Assembly (NCBI GenBank): GCA_965649765.1
Contig: OZ287756.1
Coordinates: forward strand, 38,998,001 to 39,062,000
Direction of reading: 5' to 3'
From: Bispira polyomma
Taxonomy: Eukaryota
DNA length: 64,000 nt
Shown here: positions 11,620 through 23,036 of the stretch, one piece after another
Position numbering within the stretch: position 1 is the first letter of the stretch
How the letters are laid out: each line of letters starts with the position of its first letter
Notes under the pieces: generated by a model
The model's database searches: none
What the model saw: the letters and a program-made list of their open reading frames with translations, nothing else
What the model was told of the DNA's origin: nothing
Position numbers and translations under genes: made by a program

Positions 11620-12727
11620 TTAATGTCAAAGTTAATATAAAATTGTCAAATTGGTTTCATCTCCGGAAGGTATATAGCTAAAAACTCTAGGTGGATTATT
11701 GATATTGATAGAATATGAAAAAGCTTATGACAGCATTTAATGGATTTTGTAATAATGTCCTTCGTTATTTAAACTTCACTGAAGAATTAATTAGATGGAT
11801 AAAATTAATTAATATGTATATTAAACTGCTACTTTGCAATATGGTAAATTGTCAAGAGTTTTTAGTTTCATGTGGTTGTCAAAAGGATGACCCAATTTCA
11901 TCCTTCATCTTTATAATGTGTGCCGAAGTTCCTAACATCTGGATGCAGCAAAACATGTAAACGGGGTTTTCATCAAAGGAATTGAGTACACAATTATCCA
12001 GTTGATGACACAACCTTATTAGATGGTTTAGTAACAAACCTCCAGACTGCACTAAATACTTTGCAAGTTTGTGGCTCTATTTCTGGTCTCAAGATGAACA
12101 CAAGTAAAACTAAAGTGATATCAATAGGAGGGAAAAAGTAGAGAATAACTTGAAGTCAATTCAAAATCCTGATTTGGGAAACAATAAATTTGAATTGTTA
12201 GGAATATCTGTTCATGTGAACTTGAATGAAATTATGGGGTTAAATTTCATAATAATAATAACTGTTATATCATGGTCGTGTGGAAACATCACTCCAGTAG
12301 GAAAAAAGACCCTTGTATTTAAAAAGACGTAATAATTTGTTTCTTAGTCTCACCATCCCGTCTGACTACTACATAAATAAAATCACAAAAATGTTTTATC
12401 ATTTTATATGGGATGGTAAACCAGATAAAGTGAAGCACTGTATTATAACACAACCATATCATTATGGCAGATTGAAGATGGTGAATCTCAACAAATTTAT
12501 TCATGTTCTAAAAACTACATGGGTGAGAAAAATGTTAAAAGCACATAAATTATCAAAAATAACCCTTATGTATCATTTTGAAATCTGAAAAACATGATGT
12601 AAACCGACTATTAAATAAATATAAGATTAACTTTGTCATAGCAAGCAAATGGCATGATGATTTTAATGTAAAATTTAATGCTGAATTATGGAGAGCAATA
12701 TTTAAAGCCTCCTTTAATGTGGTCACT
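11620..12727 (+). mobile_element. Degenerate Tx1/L1-clade LINE ORF2 fragment
   Basis: GCQKDDPISSFIFIMCAEV, DDTT, GLKMNTSKT, ITPVGK, FYHFIWDGKPDKVK and GRLKMVNL. Homologous to 62986-63996. Truncated where the next element starts. Confidence 0.8.
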
Positions 12728-14350
12728 GTAATAGGCAGCGCCCAGGCGCAGGCGGTTTCAGTTCACAGGGTACCAGTCAACAAGTTATTTGACCTCGTTG
12801 CAGCTTACTATAAAAGACGAAACATTTAAAATTCTCCCACCTTTCTTATTTCCGTTTACTGGAACAACTTCAAAACAATAGGCTTGGCGGTTGAAATTTG
12901 TTGTATGGAAACTTGGATATTTTACTGATTTTAGTGTTTTAATTTACAAGCTTTTATTTTTGTATTTACAATGCCAAGTATTAAGGATTTTAGTTGTTCC
13001 AAGTGTGGGGAGAAACATGAAAGGCCAGTGGGTAGAAAATGTGTTTATTCTTTCGTGTCTGAGGAACACGTGGCTGTCGACGGCTCCAGTGAAGCTTCGA
13101 CCTCCTCTTCAGCTCTGGGTGACTCCATGTCTGCTCAGATTCTTTTTACAGTTACAGTCTATGGCTCAAATGATGGAGAGGATGGATCAACGAGTGCAGC
13201 TCAAGGAGGCGGCGATAGCGGGAGACCTCACCAAAAATCAGGCGGGTAGTAGCTCTCTTTCTGTCCATTCTGTAGTTGAAACAAGTAATGAAACTAGTGC
13301 TAGTGACAGTGTTGTTCCTAGTGTTGAATTTTTATAGAAAAATTCGGCTATTCAAACACAAGTATGACAAAGGCTAGTTGAATTAAAAGCATTGAATGAG
13401 AATCCGACACAAGGTAAGATCAAATCCAAAAGAGGGGGGGGGGGGTTTACTGATGTCCTAGTTAATACAGTGGGCGAAAAAAAGTGCAAAGCAAATTATT
13501 AGTCACACTGTATATAGTAAGAATTTTCAATCATTTCACTTGTTTGACAAGTCGGTGATTCAGCAAATGTGTAGATATAATAGAGGTAGAACAGGGCAGT
13601 ATAGTTACAGTGAAGTCGTGATTAAACCACGTAGTAGCAGTAAGTGTATTGTAAATAATGTGTCAAAAGTTGTACATAAAAATACTAACAAGAAGTCAGG
13701 TCGACAAGACTTGAGGTGCAAAAAGCACCCTGAAACAATATAAATAAACGCACAATGGAGGTGACCAGAGCTAGGCAAACACATAATGTGACATTGGAAG
13801 GTTTAAAATCTATTGTCAAAACTCGGGCCCCCCATTTTGCTGGCAAAAATATAAAAACAAATGATTCTAGCAAACAAGTCAATGGCAGGCTGACACGTTT
13901 AATAGATTTACTGTGTCTGGCCAACTTGAAACCTCAATTGTTGATGGTGACAGGAGTTGGGGTTCTAACATATTGGACCTGCATAAAATATTGCGACAAG
14001 ACGGCAGACAAAATTTCATGGGCCTCCAGTTGCCAGTAAAGTAACAGCTAAATGCTAATCAAATATGGATTTCCCCTTGACGTGTGTCGTGACAAAATTA
14101 GCCATTCGGGTTGGGTTAACCATAAGTTCGCCACAGAGTTCCCTGAACATGTCGATTTTTATCTAATGGAAGAGTGCGACTATCAAGCAATGCTCGACCC
14201 TTTTGTGGATCCTCCAATCAAAAACCTTCAATTTTCCCCAATGATGACCTGTAACAAATCTAGCTCGATTCATAGGCGGGTCATTGTTGATCTGACTTGG
14301 CCAAAGGGTCAATAAGTTAACGCTGGTGCTTCACCCACCACTTACCTTCG
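12728..14350 (+). mobile_element. 5' fragment of a Ngaro/PAT-like YR retrotransposon (gag-like ORF1 and RT start)
   Basis: ORF1 start CSKCGEKHERPVGRKC is homologous to 57218-57433. RT N-terminus LIKYGFPLD..NHKFATEFPEHVDFYL..SPMMT..RRVIVDLTWPKGQ is homologous to 54375-55070. Confidence 0.8.
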
Positions 14351-14499
14351 ATGTTCATAAAAACCATCAGTTGTGCTTGCATGTAGGCAATTACAGTCCA
14401 TTTGCTAAAATTATTATTCTTTGTGGAATCATGCTGATCACTTGACGTCTGAATTAAAACTGTTTGTATTTAACTTCGAGCCCTCGTTTTTATAGCATT

Positions 14500-14850
14500 T
14501 AATGAAAACGTTACCAGCCGATTGTTATAACCAAGATTTTGACTTGGATCAGCCGTTCTATTGGCCGACTTATCTTTGTGTCCAACGACTGGATCATAAT
14601 GCCCTAATGACCTATCTTTTGGATCGAAAGCAGTACTTATCTTTAGCAATCCGGTAGGTGGGGAGCCCAAAAATGTGATCTTAATAACTAATTGGGCCGA
14701 TCCATTGTAATGCTAATGACTTATCTTTATCAACCGGGGAGGTCAGAAGCCCAAAATGTGATCGTGAATACAAATTGAGCCAATCGGTCGTAATGCTAAC
14801 GACTTATCAGGGTGGTCATACAACTTATCTTGAAAGATCGTGGTGATGCA
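14500..14850 (+). repeat. Subterminal-repeat fragment related to the Harbinger relic at ~41770
   Basis: Repeated gac(t/c)tatc motifs. The string aatgacctatcttt is shared with ~41848. Confidence 0.4.
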
Positions 14851-15297
14851 TTTTTTCCCGCCCTTCTTTCAAAACATCATGTTGAAACACCAAGGATTGC
14901 TCACGGTCACATAATTGGGCCTCTTCCCAACTGTGCATGATAGTGGAACTGCACTATTAGAGGGATCCTTTATTAGATTTCCATCAAAGAAAATGTAAAA
15001 ACTTAAGGTAAAATCAATGGCCCTATAGAAATTGTGGCAAAATCAAGTGTGACAAAGTCATAGACAATTGATTGATATGCAGCGTAAATGCTCTAAGGTC
15101 AAATTGAGTCGAGTTTATAGTGTGGGGTACTGTCAAGCTCAGTGGGTAGTAGATTGTAATAAAAAAAACTGTCATTTTTCCCCTCTCTTTTTTAAAAAAA
15201 ATGGTGAGGAAACGCCAAGGATTGCTCACGATCACATAATGGGGGCCTCTCCCCGACCGTTCTTGATAGTGGAACAGCACCATTTAAGACATTCTTG
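14851..15297 (+). repeat. Diverged direct repeat, two ~110-bp copies about 325 bp apart
   Basis: ccaaggattgctcacg(g/a)tcacataat..gggcctct..tgatagtggaac at ~14890-14945 and ~15215-15280. Confidence 0.7.
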
Positions 15298-15873
15298 AGC
15301 TACATCTAAATTTAGTGTGTCCATACGTTTAGCAAAATATTGTAGTAATTCTTAATGCTCTTGTCTATATATACAAAGATAATAATAAAATAACTTGTAT
15401 TGGAGACCAGATTCAGTGAACACTGTGACTTTTCATTTATTGTAAACCTAGGTTTTAATTATCAAACATTTTAGATTATTTTTATACAAACATTACATTT
15501 CATGGCAAAAGTGCTGTTTTATGAAACTGATTTATTTTCTAATCAGGTTGTCAATTTATTTCAATAAAGAAAACTAACTACTAAACGTTTGAAAGTATTA
15601 GCATTAATAGACATTTCAATTATTTTTTTCTTTTTAACCTATAAAAATGAAAAAAGACATATACATCTTTTTGATACTGAGCATCTTAAATGAGACCTTT
15701 TTAGAAAGGTTTTCCCCCGAAGAGGTGTCAGAAGTCAAATGTTATGTTAGATGTCTAAAATGAGTTTAATTTTTGTATCGGCTGAGTCAGAAACAATATC
15801 GCACCAACTGTGGAAGAAAATAGTATAAAAACAAAACAAGGTAATGTTATAGGCTTGTTAATTAGGTGAACCG

Positions 15874-16293
15874 TTATCGTCCATATCTCATGGCTTTGTT
15901 GGCAGATCCTGGACCGGTGGATTCTCCTTCTCCTTGTAAACGTGTACCAAATGACACTAACCGGGTCTCCACAGGCAGGGGGCCTCCCATTGGCTGCCAG
16001 AAGTTTCTTTTGTTCATACTCTGTGAAGGATATTCCCCGCCGCCGGTGACATAGGAATCCTCAAGCTGTCTGAGAAGTTCTGGCACAAGCTCTTTGATCA
16101 GACTCTTTCTCAACTCATTCCAGTTGTGTTGTTTCGTGAGTGAGTATTCTAGAATTGCATTCTCATTGTTGGAATGAGCCTTAAGCCAATCCATGAAGCT
16201 ATCGTCTCTAGTGCCCAGGTAGTGGCTGGTACAGCCAGAAAAGAGTAGTCCACACAAGACGAGAACACTCAACAACAGTCTCATCCACATCAT
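15874..16293 (-). CDS. NKY: Neuropeptide KY (NKY; sNPF/PrRP-type) precursor, single coding exon, 139 aa
   Basis: Signal peptide MMWMRLLLSVLVLCGLLFSGCTS, KR cleavage site, predicted 41-aa peptide NFWQPMGGPLPVETRLVSFGTRL...KAMRY, then the G-R amidation signal and stop. Closely matches annelid NKY-1 as recalled (FWQPM.GGPLPVETRL.SFG...KAMRYamide). The ORF-track start is TTG; the first ATG (16293) directly follows the acceptor gtttttctgacttgcag. Confidence 0.88.
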   Translation of the reverse strand: MMWMRLLLSVLVLCGLLFSGCTSHYLGTRDDSFMDWLKAHSNNENAILEYSLTKQHNWNELRKSLIKELVPELLRQLEDSYVTGGGEYPSQSMNKRNFWQPMGGPLPVETRLVSFGTRLQGEGESTGPGSANKAMRYGR

Positions 16294-16312
16294 CTGCAAG
16301 TCAGAAAAACAA
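16294..16312 (-). promoter_or_regulatory. 3' splice acceptor immediately upstream of the NKY start codon
   Basis: Minus strand reads ttgtttttctgacttgcAG|ATG ATG TGG. Confidence 0.65.
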
Positions 16313-18506
16313 GCACATATCTCAATACAGACTCAATATCCCATATCATATGTGCACTAACTATTTCATTTGTGATCCTACTATATAGTCTAAATTATCT
16401 GTATATGGAAGCGTTCTAATAATTTCTCACAATTGTATTCACTGTTGTCTTGCTCGAATTTTAGTATGCATAATTTAGATTATATCGAATTTTCTGGAGA
16501 TACTAGAACTTTCAAAATCATTATTTAACTATTGAATTCGCCAAAGACAATGCTGTAATAAACTTTTTACATTTTCTGATTCACTTTCACTAAATTTCAA
16601 ACAAGTCACTAGTACATTTCGGATTGATTAGAACTATAAGTATTTTACCTTCCACGGATATTACAAACTTGTGGTGTTTTTATACTTAACTAGTGTTTTT
16701 ATACTTAACTAGATTTCATTTTTCCGCATTATATACATATGTGTGATTGATGACACCTAAGCAAAGTGGTATAAGAGCTAAGAAGTCGGGATGACCATAT
16801 GGTTTACGTCACCACATGAAAAAATTCCAGTATAGCTCCAGCTCCAAGATAACCAGGAATTCCTTCTGGAGTGCATACATGCAAACACAACCGTATTGTC
16901 GCCTGTTTGAGATAAGTATTCAGATAGACATGGTCAAGATTGCCCGTTCAGACAGAAGTAGTTCAAATTCATCACCAAGTAACAAGAGTCATGACAGTAT
17001 TTTTCCCAGTAGTAGCAAGATTAACCTGTGTGTACACGCTGAAATAAGAAAAGAATAATGAACAGACTGTTTCAGAGGTCATGTGTCCGGCCTTGGATAA
17101 TAGGTATTTAGGTCATGGAGAATTTAAATGTAGGTCAAAAGATAAAATGTAAAAACACTTGTAGAAGATGGTATATATAGATGGTGCACGGACAAAAAGG
17201 AACCAATCAAAAAGAAACCGGACAAAAAGAAATCACACAAAATGTATTTGGACAAACAGTCTCACACTACAACAAAGTAATTTTATTGTAAATAAGTAAA
17301 TATCGCAAAAAATACATGTGGTCAAAATAAATAATCGTTAGGGTTATAATCAGGTTAAAAAGAGATAAGTCATGTGTTTTTAAGAGAGTTTTTTTTGCTT
17401 TTTATTTGTGGACTCCAGCACAGAAGTATGGATTTTTTATATGAATGTAAACAAGAATATATAGAGACTTCACTGGAATATGAATTTTGTTTAAATAGAC
17501 AGGATCAAATATCAAGTTACATTTTTTAAACATGTAACATACAGTGGGTTACAGTGGGTGCAATTTCCTTACTAGACATGTCCCAATAAGCGGTGTATTA
17601 TACCATACCCTGGTATATTCTTTGTAACATGGGTAAAAATTCAAGAATTTACACAATTGGAACAGTTTATTTAGATGCCTGGGGTGCTAGGTTTCTGATA
17701 GATCTAATACATTTACTGTAAAACTTTAAATGTTAGCTCTACTGAATTTTCACAACTTTATCATTTTAAGACTTTTTCTGGACCAAAATTTTCACTCTTT
17801 ACCAATTTTGCTTAAAATAATTATTTACATTTAAATGTTAATGAAACCTAATTTTTTACCATTCTAGTTCATCAACAAAAAGAACATAAATTTCAACTAA
17901 AAAGATCACTATTTTACAGTATTTGGCAGGCAGTTTCTTGCACCTGATTATTTTTCAAAGACATATAAGGGAAAAATTGGGAAACTGTTACACAGACATA
18001 AACACTTTTATTTTATGCAAAGTAATATACACAGAAAGTCACGTGTATGTATATTTGGTGTACTTCAGTTGATATTTTCATAGTGAACATAGTTCTACAG
18101 ATTCTATTAATATCAAATGGCACTGACTATTATTTTTAAATGAGTTATATATTAGACAGACCACTAATAGAAGTATTGGTTGTCACCTTTGCACACACAA
18201 AATGTCAGAACATTTATGGCATGTTATTCTTCAAATAATTTTTATGACAAATCTTGGTAAGCAAAAAGAAGAGGGTTTAGATACAGATTTACAATGTATA
18301 TTCTATGTGTTGGAGGCACTTTTAAGGTTGGAATTGTGACTTAAAATTTAAACATTTACATGTAACACAATTTTAACACTCAATTTTGTTTGTTCATATT
18401 TGGTATACAGATCATTATGATCTTGACATTGTATCAGTTCAAATCGTATGAAAAGATTAGGTTTGAAGGTTGACTCTTAAAATTTGGACTGCTGTTCATA
18501 TTTAAT

Positions 18507-18612
18507 ATTTATATTATTATTATTATTATAGATTTTTAACGCGCTTTATTGATGCTAGGCATCTTCTAAAGCACAACAGCAGAATCATTAGTCCAATCAT
18601 TAAGTCCATGGA
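18507..18612 (-). mobile_element. 5'-truncated 3' end of the L2 family, with (AAT)n tail
   Basis: Reverse complement matches 27010-27110 (tccatggactt...ctttagaagatgcctagcatcaataaagc...ataataata). Confidence 0.8.
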
Positions 18613-19116
18613 AATTGCAAAGTAATATCAGCCCAAATTCAGAAATATTTATAAACTAAGATGAAAACACAAGATGTGGATTGAAATGGCCAGTTTATTC
18701 AACTGGCAAAAATGTATATAGTAAACCAAGCATACAATGTCTTTACAATTTCATTACATCACACAAGTGACTGATATATACATTATTTATTTACATAAAT
18801 GTGTTGACGGACATTTGATGAGTTTAAATATTGTATAAAAAATATATTTAATGTTTGACTCTTATATATGTTACACAACTTTATGTGTGAGTATTTGTGG
18901 GCATCAATGTCAGGGTTGTTTTACTGTTGAACTAGGATGTTCATAATATTTATACCAATAGATATAACCTTGAAAATTTACATTTGATAGTAACATTTGT
19001 GTAACTACAAGTTATGGAATTTACAACCTGCTATATATATGTATAACTATAGCAAAAGCCTTTTCCTAAAGGATCTACCAAAAGATGTATCCTGTGAGCA
19101 TGAATTCAATTTACAG

Positions 19117-19406
19117 GGGCTATATTCATAAAGGTCTTCATCCTAACATAGGATTTAGGTCTTTGATTTTGATCATGAATGTTAAGATTTTAGTTTTAAT
19201 TCCAGAGACATTAGGATTTAGGTCTTTGATTTTGATCATGAATGTTAAGATTTTTGGTTTTAATTCCAGAGACATTAAGAAAATATCTTTGCTTTGTGTT
19301 AACTTTGAATTTAACACTGAGTTCAAAAGTCGGCAGTCTTAAATATTTTAGACATAAATGTTAAGCTTAAGACTAAGATAAACTAAAACCTTTTTTGAAT
19401 GCACTC
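19117..19406. mobile_element. Degenerate MITE related to the 51986-52092 hairpin element, with an internal ~62-bp tandem duplication
   Basis: Starts CAG|gggctatattcataaagg and ends ccttttttgaatgcactc. Duplicated taggatttaggtctttgattttgatcatgaatgttaagatttt. Confidence 0.5.
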
Positions 19407-19652
19407 GAGATCTTTGTGCCAAGGACATATGCCATAACAAAGTTAATTTTCCAGCTATCTATGTGGTAACAATGTTAAGGCCTAGTCTCATTCAGACATA
19501 CGTCCATGAACCTTCATTATGGCAGGTTATGCTACGAATGGACTGTTCTGCCACATATAGATGACCCTATTTTCCTTTTTTTTACATCCCAAAAATCTCC
19601 CAAAAATCAACAGGACCCCACATATAGCTAGCTAATTTACTGTCCTTATCTT

Positions 19653-19810
19653 TGTATGTTCGTAATACTTATTTACAATTCACTTAATAAACTTTTAAAT
19701 GATCTTTTTATGTTCCTAATACTTCTTTACAATTCACTTAATAGGCTTTTAAATGATCTTTTTATGTTCCTAATACTTATTTACAATTCACTTAATAGAG
19801 TTTTAAATGA
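19653..19810. repeat. 54-bp tandem repeat, about 3 copies
   Basis: atgttc(g/c)taatactt..ttacaattcacttaata recurs at 19656, 19710 and 19764. Confidence 0.9.
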
Positions 19811-20468
19811 CAAAGTATCAATTCAGTGTAAAAGCACCATCCGAAATTGTCTGATCATATCGTAAGTAAATGTTCAGAGCGTATCGCATCAAAGGCGGTT
19901 AGCAAGAGCCTTTAAGTTCAGAGTGGGAGTAAACTGTTGGTGGGCTGTTATAGCACCAGTACAGTCCATTTCAAAACTAGAACCTGATGGATTCTACCAA
20001 AACTATATGAAGGGTTTTTTTAACCATGAACTGTAACTGTTAAAATTGGTCACTCTTTTTTATGCATATATTTATTTATTTGTCATACATAAAGTATTGT
20101 TTAAAATAACACAGAGAAAGAATCAAATATATGTATACAGAAAAAAAGAGGGAAAAAACTAACTGTAACGCAACACTATAAATTATATTCATACAAAAAT
20201 ATTTGAACTAAAATTTAGCCACTGAACAAAAATTTTGTTTACACCACCCCCATGCTCTCTATATTATGTGGAGATTCTATGTTTGAAAATGGGTGTACAG
20301 AATCTGTTAAGTGGATATAAAAAATATTGTCACCACTCAGGAGTCACAAACTGTTCAAACAATGCTGAAAACCTAACATTATTGGTAGCTGGGGGTAACC
20401 TAATTTTAATTTTAAGGAATAAAAGGGGGTGTAAGGACATAATTACACCAGTAAGAGGGGAATATAAT

Positions 20469-22868
20469 TCATATATATTGGTTTATGCCAATAGGGTGAA
20501 TGGAAGGGACATTCCAGATGTATTTTAATTCCTTTCTTCTGCGAATGGATGTGTTATCAGGAATGTTTGGATTTCCCAACCATTCTATTACACTGAATTC
20601 CATATCATTATGGGTATGGTTTTTCTGGGTAAAATGTTTGGCAACTGGGGTACTGTTGTTTTCTCTTGGTTTCTGAACACTATGTTTGTGTTCATATATT
20701 CTTGACCTAAAGGCCCTACTAGTTTCTCCAATATACTGTAATCCACATTTTCTACAATTTATGAGATAGATAATGTTGGAGATTTCACAAGTGTAATGGT
20801 TTTTGCGTGGGATATTTACACATTTATGTGTAACTCCAGTGTGGTGGCTTATAAACGTATTAATTTTATGGAGTAAAGGACAATAGGTACATTTGCCTAA
20901 TCTGGTACAGATTTTTGGTCTGTCCTCAGATTGTTTAGTATCAAGTGGGGGATACTGTACAGTTGAGGGTGATAACAAGTCTCTAAGGTTGTGCAATCTT
21001 TTAAATCCCAAGATTGGTGTTTCAGGAAATAAATGACTGAGATCTGTGGTATTTTGGATTATATTCCAATTATTTTTAATGAATTTCCTGATGTGTGGGT
21101 TTTGAGGGTGATAAGTAGTCACCATGACTGGTGATGTGGTCTTGTTGGGGGAACTATCTTTTATGATTAGTTCATTCTGTGTAAATTTGCTGGCTTTTTG
21201 ATAGTGTTGTTTGAGGTATTTATACTGATATCCTCTATCTAGATAGTATTTTGTGAGTTTATGAGCATGCAGATGGAAGTCCTCATCCTTGGTACAAATT
21301 CTTCTTAGGCGAAGGTATTGTCCATAAGGGCCCTTTTTCATGACACTTTGTGGGTGTGCTGATGAATGGTGTAGGTATAAGTGTGTGTCTGTTGGTTTGT
21401 TGTATAGGGTTGTATACAATAGTCGATATTCATCAATTTTGACAGTGGTGTCCAGAAAATTGATGTTGGTCTCACTATACTCATGGGTGAATTTAATGGT
21501 GGGGTGGATGTTATAGAGGTATTTTATGAATTGCATAAGTGCATCCACACCATGAGTCCAGATCAGGAATATGTCATCTATAAACCTTTTCCATATTAGA
21601 GGTTGTAGATGATAATTATTTAATGCTTTAGTTTCAAATTTATCCATGAATAAATTAGCATAATTTGGTGCTAAGGAAGTGCCCATGGCAGTACCTCCTA
21701 TTTGGAGGTAGTGATCACCATTAAATTCAAAATACATATTATGTAGAACTAATTTTAGTAAGTCTAAAATATAATTGGATATAGATTGTTTAAGTGGATC
21801 CTTTCTTAAGTGATCAGCTACAGCAAGTATCCCTTCCTGATTGGGGATATTTGTATAGAGAGATGACACATCAAGTGTCACGAGAAGAGACCCAAGTGGG
21901 GCTCTGTCTACTTCCTTCAGTTTCTGGATGAAGTGTTGAGTGTCTCTAAGGTAAGACTGAGTTTTTGGGACATAGTCTTTGATGTGGGCATCAACAAATT
22001 TACTAATGTTGGTGGTTGGGTGGTTAACAGCACCACAAATAGGTCTACCAGGGATACCTTTTTTGTGTATTTTTGGTAGTAAGTAAAAACTGGCTTCTTT
22101 ACAATTCATGGGTTTAAGGAACTCAAGATTTTTGTCTGTAATGAGTCCTTTAGATTTCATTTCAATGAGGGTTTTGGTGATTCTCTCAGAAACTGCTGTT
22201 GTGGGATCATGATCTAGTTTGGTATAAAAATTGGGGTCAGATAACTGTCTGAAGCCCTCCCTTAGGTAATCAGTAGTGTTCATGACTACTACTGCACTGC
22301 CTTTGTCAGCTTTTTTAATGACTATATCAGGATTTTGTTGAAGTTGTTCAAGGCCAGATATCTGGTCCTTTGTGAGGTTAGGTTTAGGTTTGTGTCCTAT
22401 TTTAGAATTTATGAGATTGTTTCTAAATGCCAATTTGAAGACATTTAAAGAGATGTGTGTATTGGTGGGTTTCCAAGTGCTTTTTGGTTTGAAATTTTTA
22501 TGAATGTCCTTGTAAGGGTTTTCTTGATCATCTAAGTTTTTTGCTAGGAATTGTACAAGAATTTGGTCATTCTTGTCCAAGAGTTGGTTATCATTGTAAA
22601 AGTGATGTTTAAGGACCAGTCGTCTGTGGAAGTCCTTAAAATCTAGCCATATTTGTGATTTGTCTGGCTTGTTTGGAGTTGGGCAGAAGGTGAGTCCTTT
22701 CTCCAAAGTCTCAATTTGTGGGTGAGTTAGTACAGTATCAGAAATGTTAACAACATTATGACCAATGAGGCTTTCCATGGTGTGTCCTTTGGGTAATATC
22801 CCAGGAGTGGAATGCATGGCATCCTCTTTTAAGGCCTTCAAAAGGTCCAATCTAATAGTGTTAGCCAT
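20469..22868 (-). CDS. Penelope-like element (Neptune type) ORF2: reverse transcriptase, Cys linker and C-terminal GIY-YIG endonuclease; 799 aa from the first ATG, uninterrupted
   Basis: LEKGLTFCP, IVIKKADKGSAVVVM, FYLLPKIHK, LVTLDVSSLYTNIP, GTAMG, RFIDDIF and YNKPTD. Linker CTRLGKCTYC (Neptune-type). Endonuclease NIIYLINCRKCGLQYIGET..RIYEH..VAKHF..GIN. The ORF-track start at 22991 is TTG. Confidence 0.93.
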   Translation of the reverse strand: MANTIRLDLLKALKEDAMHSTPGILPKGHTMESLIGHNVVNISDTVLTHPQIETLEKGLTFCPTPNKPDKSQIWLDFKDFHRRLVLKHHFYNDNQLLDKNDQILVQFLAKNLDDQENPYKDIHKNFKPKSTWKPTNTHISLNVFKLAFRNNLINSKIGHKPKPNLTKDQISGLEQLQQNPDIVIKKADKGSAVVVMNTTDYLREGFRQLSDPNFYTKLDHDPTTAVSERITKTLIEMKSKGLITDKNLEFLKPMNCKEASFYLLPKIHKKGIPGRPICGAVNHPTTNISKFVDAHIKDYVPKTQSYLRDTQHFIQKLKEVDRAPLGSLLVTLDVSSLYTNIPNQEGILAVADHLRKDPLKQSISNYILDLLKLVLHNMYFEFNGDHYLQIGGTAMGTSLAPNYANLFMDKFETKALNNYHLQPLIWKRFIDDIFLIWTHGVDALMQFIKYLYNIHPTIKFTHEYSETNINFLDTTVKIDEYRLLYTTLYNKPTDTHLYLHHSSAHPQSVMKKGPYGQYLRLRRICTKDEDFHLHAHKLTKYYLDRGYQYKYLKQHYQKASKFTQNELIIKDSSPNKTTSPVMVTTYHPQNPHIRKFIKNNWNIIQNTTDLSHLFPETPILGFKRLHNLRDLLSPSTVQYPPLDTKQSEDRPKICTRLGKCTYCPLLHKINTFISHHTGVTHKCVNIPRKNHYTCEISNIIYLINCRKCGLQYIGETSRAFRSRIYEHKHSVQKPRENNSTPVAKHFTQKNHTHNDMEFSVIEWLGNPNIPDNTSIRRRKELKYIWNVPSIHPIGINQYI

Positions 22869-23036
22869 AATACTGATGTGGGTTACAATGGCTGGAGTGC
22901 TTAAAGTAGTAAAAGTAGCCCCTGTGAACTGCACCCAAAAGAAATCAGGAGAGAGAGAGTGTGAATGATATTTATTGAATATTGAGCACAAAGCATATCA
23001 ATTATAATAGATTGTATGATAGTAAATAAAACAGAG

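Noticed and set aside
16740-17280. Possible Mutator-like transposase relic with ggacaaaaag repeats
   Set aside because: No diagnostic protein motif could be recovered; too degenerate to support.
19453-19633. Small element with agctatatgtgg-like inverted ends (Academ-like)
   Set aside because: The ends are short and imperfect and there is no clear TSD.
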